From Mytilus edulis (lineage: Eukaryota), in the NCBI RefSeq assembly GCF_963676685.1, contig NC_092348.1:9982001-10046000 (forward strand): a stretch of 64,000 nucleotides of DNA, read 5' to 3'. The position numbers and the translations under genes are program-made. Of this stretch, positions 34,630 to 48,651 are shown piece after piece; position 1 is the first letter of the stretch, and each line of letters opens with the position of its first letter. A model generated the notes under the pieces. It saw only the letters and a program-made list of their open reading frames with translations, was not told the DNA's origin and did not search any database.

Positions 34630-35930
34630 AACACCATACTAAGAAAAATAGACTAAGCAAGACGAACCCCACAAAACACTATACAAAGAAAAATAGACTA
34701 AGCAAGACGAACCCCACAAAACACCATACAAAGAAAAATAGACTAAGCAAGACGAACCCCACAAAACACCATACAAAGAAAAATAGACTAAGCAAGACGA
34801 ACCCCACAAAACACCATACAAAGAAAAATGGACTAAGCAAGACGAACCCCACAAAACACCTTCCAAAGAAAAATGGACTAAGCAAGACGAACCCCACAAA
34901 ACACCATACAAAGAAAAATAGACTAAGCAAGACGAACCCCACAAAACACCATACAAAGAAAAATAGACTAAGCAAGACGAACCCAACAAAACACCATACA
35001 AAGAAAAATAGACTAAGCAAGACGAACCCCACAAAACACCATACAAAGAAAAATAGACTAAGCAAGACGAACCCCACAAAACATCATACAAAGAAAAATA
35101 GACTAAGCAAGACGAACCCCACAAAACACCATACAAAGAAAAATAGACTAAGCAAGACTAACCCCACAAAACACCATACAAAGAAAAATAGACTAAGCAA
35201 GACGAACCCCACAAAACACCATACAAAGAAAAATGGACTAAGCAAGACGAACCCCACAAAACACCTTCCAAAGAAAAATGGACTAAGCAAGACGAACCCC
35301 ACAAAACACCATACAAAGAAAAATAGACTAAGCAAGACGAACCCCACAAAACACCATACAAAGAAAAATAGACTAAGCAAGACGAACCCCACAAAACATC
35401 ATACAAAGAAAAATAGACTAAGCAAGACGAACCCCACAAAACACCATACAAAGAAAAATAGACTAAGCAAGACTAACCCCACAAAACACCATACAAAGAA
35501 AAATAGACTAAGCAAGACGAACCCCACAAAACACCATACAAAGAAAAATGGACTAAGCAAGACGAACCCCACAAAACACCTTCCAAAGAAAAATGGACTA
35601 AGCAAGACGAACCCCACAAAACACCATACAAAGAAAAATAGACTAAGCAAGACGAACCCCACAAAACACCATACAAAGAAAAATAGACTAAGCAAGACGA
35701 ACCCAACAAAACATCATACAAAGAAAAATAGACTAAGCAAGACAAACCCCACAAAACACCAGACAAAGAAAAATAGACTAAGCAAGACGAACCCCACAAA
35801 ACACCAGACAAAGAAAAATAGACTAAGCAAGACGAACCCCACAAACACCATACAAAGAAAAATAGACTAAGCAAGACGAACCCTACAAAACACCATACAC
35901 AAAGTAGACTGAGCAAAACGAATCCCACAA
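34630..35930. repeat. 45-bp tandem repeat, ~29 copies
   Basis: Unit ACAAAACACCATACAAAGAAAAATAGACTAAGCAAGACGAACCCC. Confidence 0.95.
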
Positions 35931-36865
35931 AAAAAAAACCAATGAACTTTTGTTGGTGTCAATCAAAAATATATAGTGAGCACAAATTTTAAAATATTAT
36001 AAAACCATGTTTTACTGGTCACAATCATATAAAGTTGAAAACATTGTTTTAGCGACGGCCACGCGTATCTTTATTTGATTATTAGATCGGTTACAAACTC
36101 GTATAATAATTGATTCAGATCATGGGTTCCTCTTTACACAAGACAGACTCTATGATGAATTGTCAACTCATTGGCATTCCCCTTCATAATGACGTCACCG
36201 TTTAAACAGGTAAATCGAATCTGCCAGTGACTTATAAAGTCAAACTAATGAAAACTTGATAGTTCTTCTGACTATTTAGAAATTCGTTCTTAGGGTTTAT
36301 ACATATTTATTGTACCAGTTAAAGTGCTTGAGGTTATAACAGCCCATTTTATGAAGATAACAGGCTATTTAGGAGTACTGATGAAGATAAGTGTGACGAA
36401 GTCTTGCCTTTACTATGACGAGACAAAAATATATCTAAAATATATGATACAGAAAAGTAGAAAGCATTTATTTGAAATATTGACCACATTAGTTTTCATT
36501 TTTGTTCATAAAAAATACATTTTAAGAGAAATGCGTAATTTTGTAACTTTCCACCGTGTATCTTTTTTGAAAATAAGCGCTGCAAACGAGCAAAAAATGC
36601 TTAACATTATGTCGAATGGCTATTATCTTTTTCAATAATACAAATCGACTGAGCTTTTACCAACTGTCTAACTCTTTGACTGCATATCTGAAGGCCAATC
36701 ATCGGGGAAAAGCCACAAAAAGTTTATTATTGTGATCATATCATCTCATGATCTCTCTATACTTAAACCAAGAACATGTGTATCCAAATCCACGAAGAAG
36801 GTAACCAAAACCTGAAGAAAGACCGACGAACGAACAAAGAAAAACAGGCAATATAGTGTATAAAG

Positions 36866-38131
36866 CAGTGGCGTAGCTTGCATGTATGCTCAGATGCTCA
36901 AGCATCCACATCATTTGACAGGGAAAAAATATAAATAAAGATATGTTCGCAGCAGTTAAACTCGGAGGTATCCGTATGTAACAAGGGTTAGGATATGAGG
37001 ATAACATCCAATTATTTCCGATGAAGTATGCGTAGTCTTTTATTAAGGATAATTTAGTGCATGTAATAAAACAAGATGGATAAATCGCAGAAAAGTGTTC
37101 TCTATTTTTTTTCGTAAAAAGACTACGACGTCGGCTACGGCCAGTGCAGAGGATGATGCACAGATCCTCGGACATGTCTCATCTGAAATCGAGCCTAGCG
37201 GAGCGATGGCTTCTACAACTAACTAACAACATAACTGACAACTAAACCACCATATCCTGATATCGTTTCCCGTGACATGAAAGACGACGTGAAAAAAAAA
37301 CTAATCTGTAATAGAGTGTGATCATTCTTAGGCTTATCAGTAAATTCAAGTTTCTATCTAGGTCCACATATTAATTTTATTTTCAATAAAAGAACAAAGT
37401 TCCTATGTCCCCTGCATTGCACATATTTTATGTAACCAAGGAACAAGGGCAATATTAACTAATAAAAAATAATGTTTTTCCTTTTCCTTTTATTTTTAAT
37501 GGAGAAATAAAAGCTTCAGAGAAAATGCAATGGGAGTTCCGTATAATTTATATTTCAAAAGTTAAAAGCTTATGACTTATTTTCGAAATTGTCATTGCTG
37601 ATGATATAAAAATCTGGCAAGAATTGTACACATGAGAGTGCAAACAAGACCGGATGGACGGACACCAGGTATTTCGATGATGTCCCCTACGACGTGTTAA
37701 TGGGGTCACTTCAGTTATTATATTCTGAAGTGCCGCTGTGATAAGGCCGTTTTTTAGAAATGCTAGGAAAGGGGATCACTTCAATTCCTTTATACAGAAG
37801 TGCCACTGTGATGGGGTCGTCAATGAGAGATGTCAAATATAAGATTGGTGGGAAACTTTTACATCAAATAAATAAATTATGAATTACATTCAATTTCGAG
37901 AATTTCGAGAAAACATTAAAATTGTGTTTGAAATATAATTATATGAATTGGTGGGTATTTTGAAATTAAACAAAAATCTAACCAGTGTTGGATTCTAGGG
38001 GAGAACATGTGCTTACAGGAACAATGTCTGAAAAAAATATAATTTTCTGCATAAAATAGTTCAAAAATTTTTTTCGCCTCGCTCCGCTCGCCGAAGGCAT
38101 CCACATCATTTCAACCCTGGCTACGCCACTG
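36866..38131. mobile_element. Non-autonomous hAT-like element with a 5-bp TSD
   Basis: TIR CAGTGGCGTAGC / GCTACGCCACTG; TAAAG on both sides (36861-36865, 38132-38136). Confidence 0.75.
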
Positions 38132-39224
38132 TAAAGCACAACACACACATATATATATATAAGACAGTATATTCTGGACTACAATCCGGTTCATAGATTT
38201 TCAGATAAACAATTATCTATTCATGTAGTGAGAAATATGTAGGTGACATTTACTGATATTAAAGTATCAGGCTTTTTGAAACTTGACGAGACTCATACAT
38301 GTCCTAAGAGTTTTTTTTCTGAGAAATTATATTTATCAAAGAAATACTTAAACGTTAGCGTCTCTATGCGGAAATCTTTGTCAAAATCCTATACAAGAAA
38401 AAAAGGTGCTGTGATTTCAACAGTCATAATTTATCATAACTCGTGCGTCTGTACACTTCTTATTTTCTATTATAGTTTGAGTTTTAGATGATGCACCTGA
38501 TGTTTCATTTGTTAGCTTCATATATAGACTTCAGTCCCGGTCCTGTCCTCTTTCCTTCTCCCCTCTTTATCACACCAACGAATGCAACGTATTAAGTTAT
38601 ATGTCATGAACATCATCATGAACGGGGTACTTTTATATTGGAACCGTTTAATATCAACAAAATGTCATTCGTCCAAATAATTATGACGTCTTGAAAGACT
38701 ATTTTATTTGTTGCTTTGGAGCCTTATCGCTAACATCATGAACATACAAAATACATAAGATCAATCATATATAATAATTGCCGGACAACTTTGAATTTGT
38801 ATTTGCACAGACACATAAACATGGTTAATACAATAATATGTGAAAGTCTCTTGTACATGTTGTAAGCTATGTCTTATTAAAGAAAGCGGTGCTATCCTTT
38901 CCTTTATCTTAAATTTCTCTATTTTTCTAATCAAATTTTTTTTTTTAATATCATGCAAATATATATGACCATATTATATTCTACTTCAACATGTTCAATT
39001 TCCAAATTTATACAAAATTTGAGGAAAAAAAATTATAGGCGAAAACATTTTTTATTCTTGTGATTTCGGGTTGATTCTGATCCTTTCCTTTTTTTAGTTT
39101 CAGATCTAAATTTTTTTCATCAAAAGCATAATTTTCAAAATCCACACTGCAAGCGGGCACCTGCAAAATCAGTAATCGCTGTCACTTGTGCTCTTGTTTG
39201 TAAAGGGCGCCCTCAAGGTACACA

Positions 39225-39250
39225 TGGTTACCTGTAAACAAGATGGCGTC
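39225..39250 (+). promoter_or_regulatory. Candidate promoter motifs upstream of the 39397 exon
   Basis: GGTTACCTGTAAACA (X-box-like half site plus forkhead GTAAACA) abutting AAGATGGCG (YY1-like), in a locally CpG-richer patch. Confidence 0.35.
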
Positions 39251-39396
39251 CAGTGAAGCGATTCGACACGATTCGATTGAGAACTAATGTTTATATTGGT
39301 CTCATGTGTTAACATATTTCCATGAAAGTGACCAGTTATTGAAACGACTGAATAAATATAGGACATTTTCATTTGATGGACAAAAAGTGAAAAAAA

Positions 39397-39519
39397 ATGT
39401 CGGATAAACCAAAATCTCCGGTTGTAGGAGGTGGAAGAACGATGGAACCTGTCACCGGTCAGAAGAGTAAATCACGGTTAGCCCAGCTTGCACCAGTTGA
39501 AAACCTGAAAGAAAAACAA
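39397..39519 (+). CDS. First coding exon of an unidentified gene extending beyond the window
   Basis: AAAATG start, MSDKPKSPVVGGGRTMEPVTGQKSKSRLAQLAPVENLKEKQ, phase-0 donor CAA|GTAAGA; GC-richer than the flanks. Confidence 0.65.
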
Positions 39520-42500
39520 GTAAGATATGCATCGAAATAAACAAATTCACGTTCATGAATATGGACAAGTAAAACACTGTTAGTTTCTGTTGCACATTAT
39601 TAAAAATGACTGTTCAAAGTAAAGAAAATTAAATGGTCCTCTTTCTTAAAGTGGTTTCATAGGATGTTACTGTAAAAAGAAATACAAGCAACATTTTTGA
39701 ATAATTCTAAAGTTTCTTTTAAAGGAACAAATACACAGTAGTACTTGTATATATACAATATAGATACATCTACATCACACTTGGCTACAATGTTTCTACC
39801 CAATTTCTTTGATAATCTTTTTTGTCCTGTCAATAAAAAACAATATTTACCAGCTTTCATACTGTAAACCCAACCCGAGCATACCAATTGAAGTGAGTTC
39901 TTTCCTTTTCTCTGGATAGTTAACATGTTAAAATTTGGTGAAGCTTAAACTGTTAAATAAAATGAGTCAAAAAGTTAAAAATTGTAACTTCTTGCAATTG
40001 ATATAGAACATTTTAGATTTTCAAATTTGACAATGTAGATATTATTTATATATATATTTAACAGGTTATCAGGATTTTAGGTGTTATAAAGGAAAAGATT
40101 TACTTGACTTCGCAATGTTTACAAAATGAATATAAAAAATCTACATGTAAAATTAAATTTGAATGTTATAGTGAACACCATAGTAGATTTCAAAAGAAGT
40201 TTTCATGTGAGCATGTTGGTGTACGTTTTCCCATTTGATATATTGCAGTTTTCTTGAATTTTAAATTCATTCAGATCACTTGAATCTGACTTGAATTGAT
40301 ACACAATTCAATGCACCACATGTATGACATGTATATAATTAATATAAAGGAAATAGTTTATTATTATACTGTTACAGTTTTTAAAGGGATCACACAGTGT
40401 ATTTTGTGAGGTTAAATTATCTTAGTTCCTTTTTAGTTTTACAGTTTTAATATAACAGTGTTATTGAGTGTACAAATTTATAGGTTTGTTCTGTATATAA
40501 TTTTGTTTGTTTTGTACATGTATACAATTTTGGTTCTAGTTTGCCTTTTTATGAATTCATGAACTTGTGTCTCATTTTAAATGGCAGAACATGATGAAAA
40601 GTTTGGCAAATTGCACCTTATTAGCTTTGATCTGATAAGAAATGACAATTCTCTTTCATGGTTTTAAATTCCATAATCCTTTATTTAAAGGTGAGATTTA
40701 TAACACCAATAAAAGTATAACATATACACTGATTGAAAGTTGATCATGTTCACTGCGTATAAACTGAGTTCTTAGATAGGGCCATATTGATCTCAAGATA
40801 GAAAAATAAGTATCTTTCCAAATAGCTATCTATCTTTCCAAATAATGTTTTTGCTGAGTCCAGAGACTCAATCAAAATTGATCATGAAGATTCCATAGAA
40901 CTAAATAAACATTGTATATCAACATAATCAAGGCCTTAGACTTATTCTTCAAGATATTTTCCCCTTACATGAATAACTGTCAACTGAAAAATTTTAAGGA
41001 GATATACATATCTTTCTTTATTCCATGCTTTTTTTGTTTATGAGTTTGGTTACAAAAAAATGTATATATAATGTTACAATCTCACAAAACATATAAAAAT
41101 ACTGTTGTTGAACTTATTTTCTTTATAATCATAAACATACATATTTTAGGAGGTTACCAGACCATTTTGTGTTCCTAAACCATAAATTGTTATGTTTGAA
41201 TTGTGAATTTAAGAACCTTCATATTAATATTCCTTCAGTTTGAAGTGAACAAATATAAAAAAAAAAACATCCATTTTATACTTTTCTTTCAAATTTTGTA
41301 TGGCTTTTAAAGGTGCAAGTAAATTTACTTTAGTTTAATTTGATACCCAACAGTCACTATTCATAAAAATACTTTCATTACTATCCAATTTAAATGCAAA
41401 TAAATATCCATCAATTTTTGTAATGAGGAATTTGAGAAGACACATAAATTATTCAAATTATGTTAAATTGAGAGAATGAATAATAGCAATTAACATGATT
41501 AACACACAAATGTAATCTGCATTCTTTGATACATGTATATTTACATATATGAAATATGAGTTTTTGTGCAAATGATACAAGGTGATTACCTACACTTTGT
41601 CAGACCAAAGATTTTAATTTGGTTTTAACTCTGTTAAAGCAGGATTATGATGAATATATCTGATCCATCTTACGTTTGATCTTTATAGCTAAGGCTGTCC
41701 TACATGTTGTATAATATTGAAATAAGCAGAACATTTGTATTTATATATTGCTTTATATACCTGTATGGTTATGCACTTAAAACACTCTTTTTGATCTTTG
41801 TCTTATATACCTGAAGTTTGCCTATGTCTGGTTGGGTTTAAGTTAAAAATTTTGTACATGAAGCATTAGGATTTTGCTTTGATGTGTTATTGTCAATGAA
41901 CATGATGAAGCCAGAAGGATATAAGAAAATATATCCTTAGCCCATGTCACTATTATCTGGATTAACCCAAGTCAAATGGTTATAAATTACTGCTTTTGGA
42001 CAACAATGTTGATATATACATGCTGTGATTAAGGGGTCAGCTATAATATTAAAGATGCTTCAAGTCTAAAAAAAAATGAATTGTCACATGATTTAGGATT
42101 CAAATGTCTTAAAAGAAAATATTGGCTAAAAATGTTAGAAAATTTGTCAGTCTATATGTATATTTTTATAAGTCCTATTTCTGATTTTACTGTAAAATCC
42201 ACTCACTTGTGACAGATAGGTAAACAGTAAAGGAAAACACAGACCTTACATATTTTGAGACATTTTAAAGACTAATTGGTCAGATGATGCTTAAACATAC
42301 ACTTGCTTAGAAATCTGAGAAATTTTTCACTCAGTAACAGAAATATAAGTGTGCCAGCTAGGATTTCAAAAGGACAGAGAGCCTGAATCATGATACAGTC
42401 ACTTTAGCATGATGATTGATATTTAAAAAAAAAGCATGTCAAACATTGTCTGATGTAAACTGCAGGGGTTTCTGCTAGAAGTTTTGAGGGGGTTTAGTCA

Positions 42501-45500
42501 CTTTTATGCTAGATGAAAATCAACCTTATTCAATAGAATAAAAGATTCCACAAGCAAATTTGCATGGGCCTATTGCCATACTTTGAAGAGACAAAACTAA
42601 AGTAATAATCTTTAAACATTACATTTTTACGATAAAATAATCACTATTCATCCCCTCTTTCCCTAATGTACTTGAATTTATTTGTGGATTTTTTAATAAT
42701 CTAATGATAATAAGAGTAACTTGTGTTATGACATCCTTCATTTGAGAAATAGTGTTGGACAAAGACAGAACAAATAAAGGGTCCATGAAATTGAAGAAAA
42801 TGTGATGTTTATTATAAACCAAGAAAGTGGAAGTATTTTTAGTTTGTTTAGCTTTGAAAATATGTTTGATCAGCTCATTTTCATTCTTAACACAATTCTA
42901 TGACATTTAAACAAATTAAAGTGTTTGATATAGCTTGTTTCTTCAGAAAATAAAGGATAAACAAAACAGTCAGATATTTCTAGTTTTCTCATTAATTATC
43001 AATGGGTTACCGTTGACTTTATAATAAAATAATGGTTTCCATGTGATTATGGACTTTCCGAATTGATTTTCCTCTGAGTTCAGTATTTTTGTGATTTTAC
43101 TTTTTATTTGAAATATTCATGAGTTGCAACAGAAATAAGCTACTTATTATAAAGAGAAAGTGTATACATGAGATATACATTTGTTGTATACATGTACATC
43201 TATTATTCAAATGTTTTCCCCTTTCAGTGAAAGATCGATTATGGTAATGTTTTCAAATAATTCATTCAGCACATACCAAAAAAAATTAGGGCAGGGAAAC
43301 AATAGCACAGTATTCACAAACACTTTGGGTCGGGCAATACAATGTCAAAGCATTCACAATTACTTTGAGTCAGTTGAACAATAGCATATACATGTAGCAT
43401 TCACAAACATATTGGGTCAGCTGAATAATATCATATAGCATATAACCATTCACAAACACATTTAGTCAGATCACTAAAATGTATACCATATCACACATTC
43501 ACAATTTCAACTTCAACTTCAAAGAAAAACGTAAACATTTTTGTTCAATATCAGTGTAAAATTTTGTCTTTAGAACCATAAAGATGATCCCCCCTTTAAT
43601 GCCAGTAGAACTTTGACAGAGAACTCATTTAATTTGTAACATGACGTAAAAGGTGTTAGTTTGAAATCACAGTATACACGTAACTACCTAACCTTGGAGA
43701 AAACAAGATGTCTTTTCTTAGTGTAACATGTCTTAAATTGAGTAGGTAATCAGAATGGTTTGATAATGTCTATAATGGTATTTACTTAAGTCAATATTTT
43801 ATATTGTATACTTTGAAGATATACATAATAGTGTTGTGAAAACAAACTTTTGGGATTTAAAGTCCTATAAACAGTTACTGGTGTACTTTATTAAGGTAGA
43901 AGTACAATTATTTGGTTTATAAGCTTGTAATTAGTAGATACTTATTCTTCATAGAGATTTAAAACTGTCCTACTGTGATTGTGACTTACTACTTTCAAGT
44001 TTATTGTATAAAGGAGAGGGTCATTAAAGTCAATGTTAGAGACAGCAATTAAAACATAAAACAAACTCAATTAAGACTCAGTTATTAAGAGAAGAAAAAT
44101 GTTAGAAAACAAAGAAGGCAGATTTGTTATGATTGCCAACAAGACTTTTATTCATAACAAATATGTAAACAATTACAGGTCACTGTATTATGCCTTCAAC
44201 AATGAGCAAACCCATACCAGACTTAATTACCAGACCTACAGAAAACTTAAGGATGCTTGGAAGATAAAAAAGTTAGGTACAGGTGATTCAGAAAGAGAAA
44301 ACGACTGCCTGATTTGTATTTTTACAGTAAACCTAAACAAATTTTGCGGACAGCAACCCATCAATAGATTACAGACTCCTTGATCTTGTGAAAGTACTTA
44401 AGAATGGGGCAGGGTTTAAAATGTTTATAAGTGCTCAACCGTCCCCAAAGTGTACATAAGATGTTACATTAAACCTTACAACAAGATAAAGTGTGGGAGA
44501 TCAGAGCACATTGATTCCTTCACTTATTGGTCCTCTTTCACTGGAAACTTTTATTACAGACAGACAGGATTTCTCAGAAGGGAACACTTGAAATATTGTA
44601 GATTTGAAAAAGGATATACTGTAAATTTTATTTTCTAAGATTTGAAAGTTCTTGGTAAGCAAACAGTTTTGCATAAATTTTCCGTTTACTTTGAGTGTTT
44701 TTATTCATTACACAACACAGTTCAAAATGTACATAAGTTTAAAAACTATATATTTTTAGTGAAATATATGTTTTTGAATTTCAAAATCAATCTTTTCTGT
44801 TAGTAACCAATCTTTTTCTAAGTGTATCTGATTACTGCGAAGTTTTAAAGATTTTCTCAAATGTTAGAACATGTTTTAAGGTAAAATAACGGAAATTTAT
44901 AAATGTCATTAAGATAATAAAGTTGGCAGTAAAGTTGATCTCATTACCTACAATACACAGGTTAATGTAGAGGTTTTAAATTCTATATCAAGGTATATAT
45001 GTAAATGGATTATTTATACATACAAAACTTTTATGCAGAAAGAACTTTGTTTAAGCAACTAGAATATTCTTGTAAAAGAAAAGGGTCAAATATTTGTTTG
45101 TTTACTTTAAACAGATATTATTCAGAATTTATATATTCTCACGATAAGGGGCAGAATTAATTTTCAGGGTTTACGTGTTGGCTTTTGTTGTAATAAAAGA
45201 CGAGTTAACCACTCAGGAATATCTATACCATTAAACAGTTGTTTTGTCAACAAACGTAGGCTGGTCTAGTTTTTAAAAGGATTTTAGTTCAAAATTTATT
45301 GAACAATTTGTATTTTGTAATTTTAGTATTTGACTGTTATTTGGTAACCAAAACAATCTCCTTGTGTTGATAGTTTTATTATAACTATATATATTGCTCT
45401 TAAGATTTTATACGCTACAGCTCAGTAGCACGAGGAACAAATAGGAATCCTCTTCTCTATGTCCACTCATTCATTGGAATTAAAGTATAGCTTGTCCAAA

Positions 45501-47858
45501 TATTTTAGATTTTAATACAATGAATGGTACAATAATCATTAATGAACCACACATTAAGTCAAATTTAGTGAAATAGACCTAATCTATTTCAAACATTTTA
45601 AAAAAGGCAAACAAAAAAAAGGGGGAAGGGGTGTAAGAGATTAAATTAATCTTGGGAGTAATCAAATCTTTTCCTTGTTTAGTTATTTTAATAAGTGGGA
45701 GAAAATAAGCACATACATTTACAAGAAAATTTAAACTGAACAAATATTTCTTCATTCAATTTTTTATCAGTAATACATGGACTAGCTATTATTTCAATAA
45801 ACGCTTTCCAAAAAATGATTACAAGATGAATCAAAACATGATTTTTTATATTACATCATCACATAACATATATTCACAGAAAAAAAGTTAATGTTTTACA
45901 TTGGAATAATTTCATTAGCTTTTATTTTGACCTAAATGATCACCTGTTAAAGCCTGAATTTTGTTTTTCTCTCACTTAATATGTTTATTTAAGCATTTTT
46001 AATATTTTTTCAAATTGATAGCAGTATAAATGAAACATTTAAAAATCAAAGAAGAAAAATAAACTGTATTATATGAACAGTCAATGTTTAAAAACCATTA
46101 TAACAAAAGTATTGCAATTCATTTATTTGATGTCATATCTCCATAACTGTTACAGATTTCAGTCAGACTTATTGTGGGTTTCCCTTTACATTTAACTTTG
46201 TAGTACCAAGTTATTTTCTTACAGCATTAAAATGAAATGCAATTACTACAGTTTAAATTCATCTCTATAATTTCATTTTTGTAGTAAATAAACCATATTG
46301 CAAAACTATAATTATACATTGTATGTTTATATAAAGTCTATAATTTCATTTAAGTTACAGAAAAAAATATTAAGAAAAATGCTCCATTATGTATTTAAAT
46401 AGTAATTTCAAAATAAAATAGATCAAACTATATATTTTTCAAATGATTCAATTGCATCATGTTATAGATAAAAAAATATTGTACAAATCATTTATTCACA
46501 TTGAGATAAGACTATTCGGCTTATAAAAATGAGTTATTCCCCTTTGTATATAAAATACAAAGTAAAACATTTTTCTGTCTACCACAAGTTTGACTTTTTT
46601 ATACCAGTTTTGTCTGACATGCTGCTAGGACCCTGAGACAATTGAAAATGACAAACATTATTTGATTGTTTAAATTCTATACTTGTGACTTATTTAACAA
46701 AACTGAAACAGTGGCCCATTAAACTTTTAGCATCCCTATCATTATCTCCCTTGAATCTGTATGGCTTTCAAAAAATATTTTCACATCTATTTTTTTTCTT
46801 CAGGTAGGATTCTTAGGTTAAATAACTTGATAAATTTTTTTAATTGATAACCTAGGATTCAGCTGAATATACCAGTATAAGAAAGATGAGAGCATTAGCT
46901 AAGACAGCAATGCTTCAACAAAAGGATGTACAGGTATCATATGTTGTTTGGATGAACATGCTTTGGTCAATAGTAATAAGTCATAATGCTCGTAATTAAT
47001 AATGTATATAACCTTAACTATTACTTTTAATATGTAAGTGTTTGGTGTAATAATGATATAAAGATAATGATATGTTGATTGTAATGAATAATTAATTATA
47101 ACATATGTTGTGCACAGAGTTTGAAATTATATTTCTCGTCAACTTGGTCACAGAAGTTCTAAAAGCTTTAAAATAAGTTGTACATTGAATGTACTTTGTC
47201 TTTATATATATATATGTCAAAATTTATATTTATAACCTAACTGTTAATTGCAAGCTGTTGAGAACGTTTATTTCAAACCCTGATACAGATAACTGAAAGG
47301 TAATAGAGTGATTTGAAAAATGATGAAATTACATAGAATAGAAGCATGATGTTTGACAACTAATGGTATGTCTGGTGTTGTATTGCAAGTAATACTTAAA
47401 TATGATAAATTATAGCATGTAAAAAAACTGAGCATGTCATGATATAATAACAATAATTTATAGATTTTATGCTGTTGGAAATGATGATTGGAGCACTGTG
47501 TTGTTAAGGTAGAAAGTAATCATCAAGTGTAAAAAAACTCAATTTAGGCAAAGGGGGGGGGGGGGGGGGGCAGTAGGTTACCCTTGTCTATTCTATCTGT
47601 CTTTCCCCATCAGTGTTTCATTGCATACGTCCCCAAAATTGGTTTCTGTTGTCTAACTTTGCCTCAACAAAATCATGGGCAAATGCTATTTAACTTATAC
47701 ACAATGGCTTTTCCCACAAAACACAGATCAAGTTTGAAATTGGGTGGCATCACTTTTACCGTTCATTAAGTTATGCCCCTTTACAAACATAAAAAATTCT
47801 TTATTTTTTTTCCCCGTTTTCTAACTTTTAGTATGCCTCAATCAAATGTTATAAAACT

Positions 47859-48651
47859 TACATCCCAGCTCCTTTGTTCTAACAGGGGTGATCTGAGCCG
47901 GATCATACCTACCAGATCACCCCAGTTTGAGTTTCTTTGTTATGCATGCTTTCCTTTGTTCTGTAACATTTTGGCGGGAATGTCAAATCCACTATAAAAC
48001 TTATAATTAATTATACGGAAAAGACTATCAAAATTCACGTAGAAAAAATCCAGTGTATATGCTAGGATACGAACTCAAGACCTTTCGCATATCAAGCCAC
48101 GATACATACCACTACACCAGGACGACTAGATACGAATTAATAGTAATTTGACATACTTAAAGAAAGCAATTAAGATCTTTTTATAAGTGGGGCGAGTTGT
48201 CAAACCTTTATTCAGTGGGGTTTAAACCTTTTTCGTTAATAACATGAATAAGTGAGTTTTCAGACTGATTGTTCAATTTGATTTTACCTTTTTCAAAAGT
48301 GGGGCGAGTCGGTAAACAAGAATGGGGCGATTTTTTTATAAAGTGGCGATATAGTGTGGGCCAATTGGCAAGTGGGGCGAGTTTACATTATTTGATATCT
48401 ACTCATCGTGTTTGAGGGTCATTAAGGGTATACATCATATAGTAATACATAAAGTATATTATAATGGTTGTGTGGCATTTTTAACTAGATTTTATGAATT
48501 GTAAATGGTTTTCCGTCTAATCTAAAACAGCTGGGATGTAAAATAGTTATCCCATTCGGACTTGGTGTGTCAGTGTTAGATCACCCTCTGGCCTCCGGCC
48601 ATCGGGGTGATCTTACACTGACACACTGCGTCCTTGTGGGATAACTATTAA
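47859..48651. mobile_element. Second hairpin element nested in a decayed HINE-like repeat, itself carrying an insertion
   Basis: IR ACATCCCAGCT (47859) / AGCTGGGATGT (48529-48539), then foldback 48542-48649. The host repeat resumes afterwards (..AAACTT|ATAC.CAATG, compare 47691-47735). Confidence 0.55.

Noticed and set aside
34620-35928. 416-aa Lys/Thr/His-rich protein and antisense hydrophobic ORFs; also considered as a CRISPR array
   Set aside because: A pure 45-bp tandem repeat with a GTG start and no unique spacers; no cas genes; eukaryotic context.
36741-37175. 144-aa minus-strand ORF
   Set aside because: Crosses the boundary of the hAT-like element and shows no transposase motifs.
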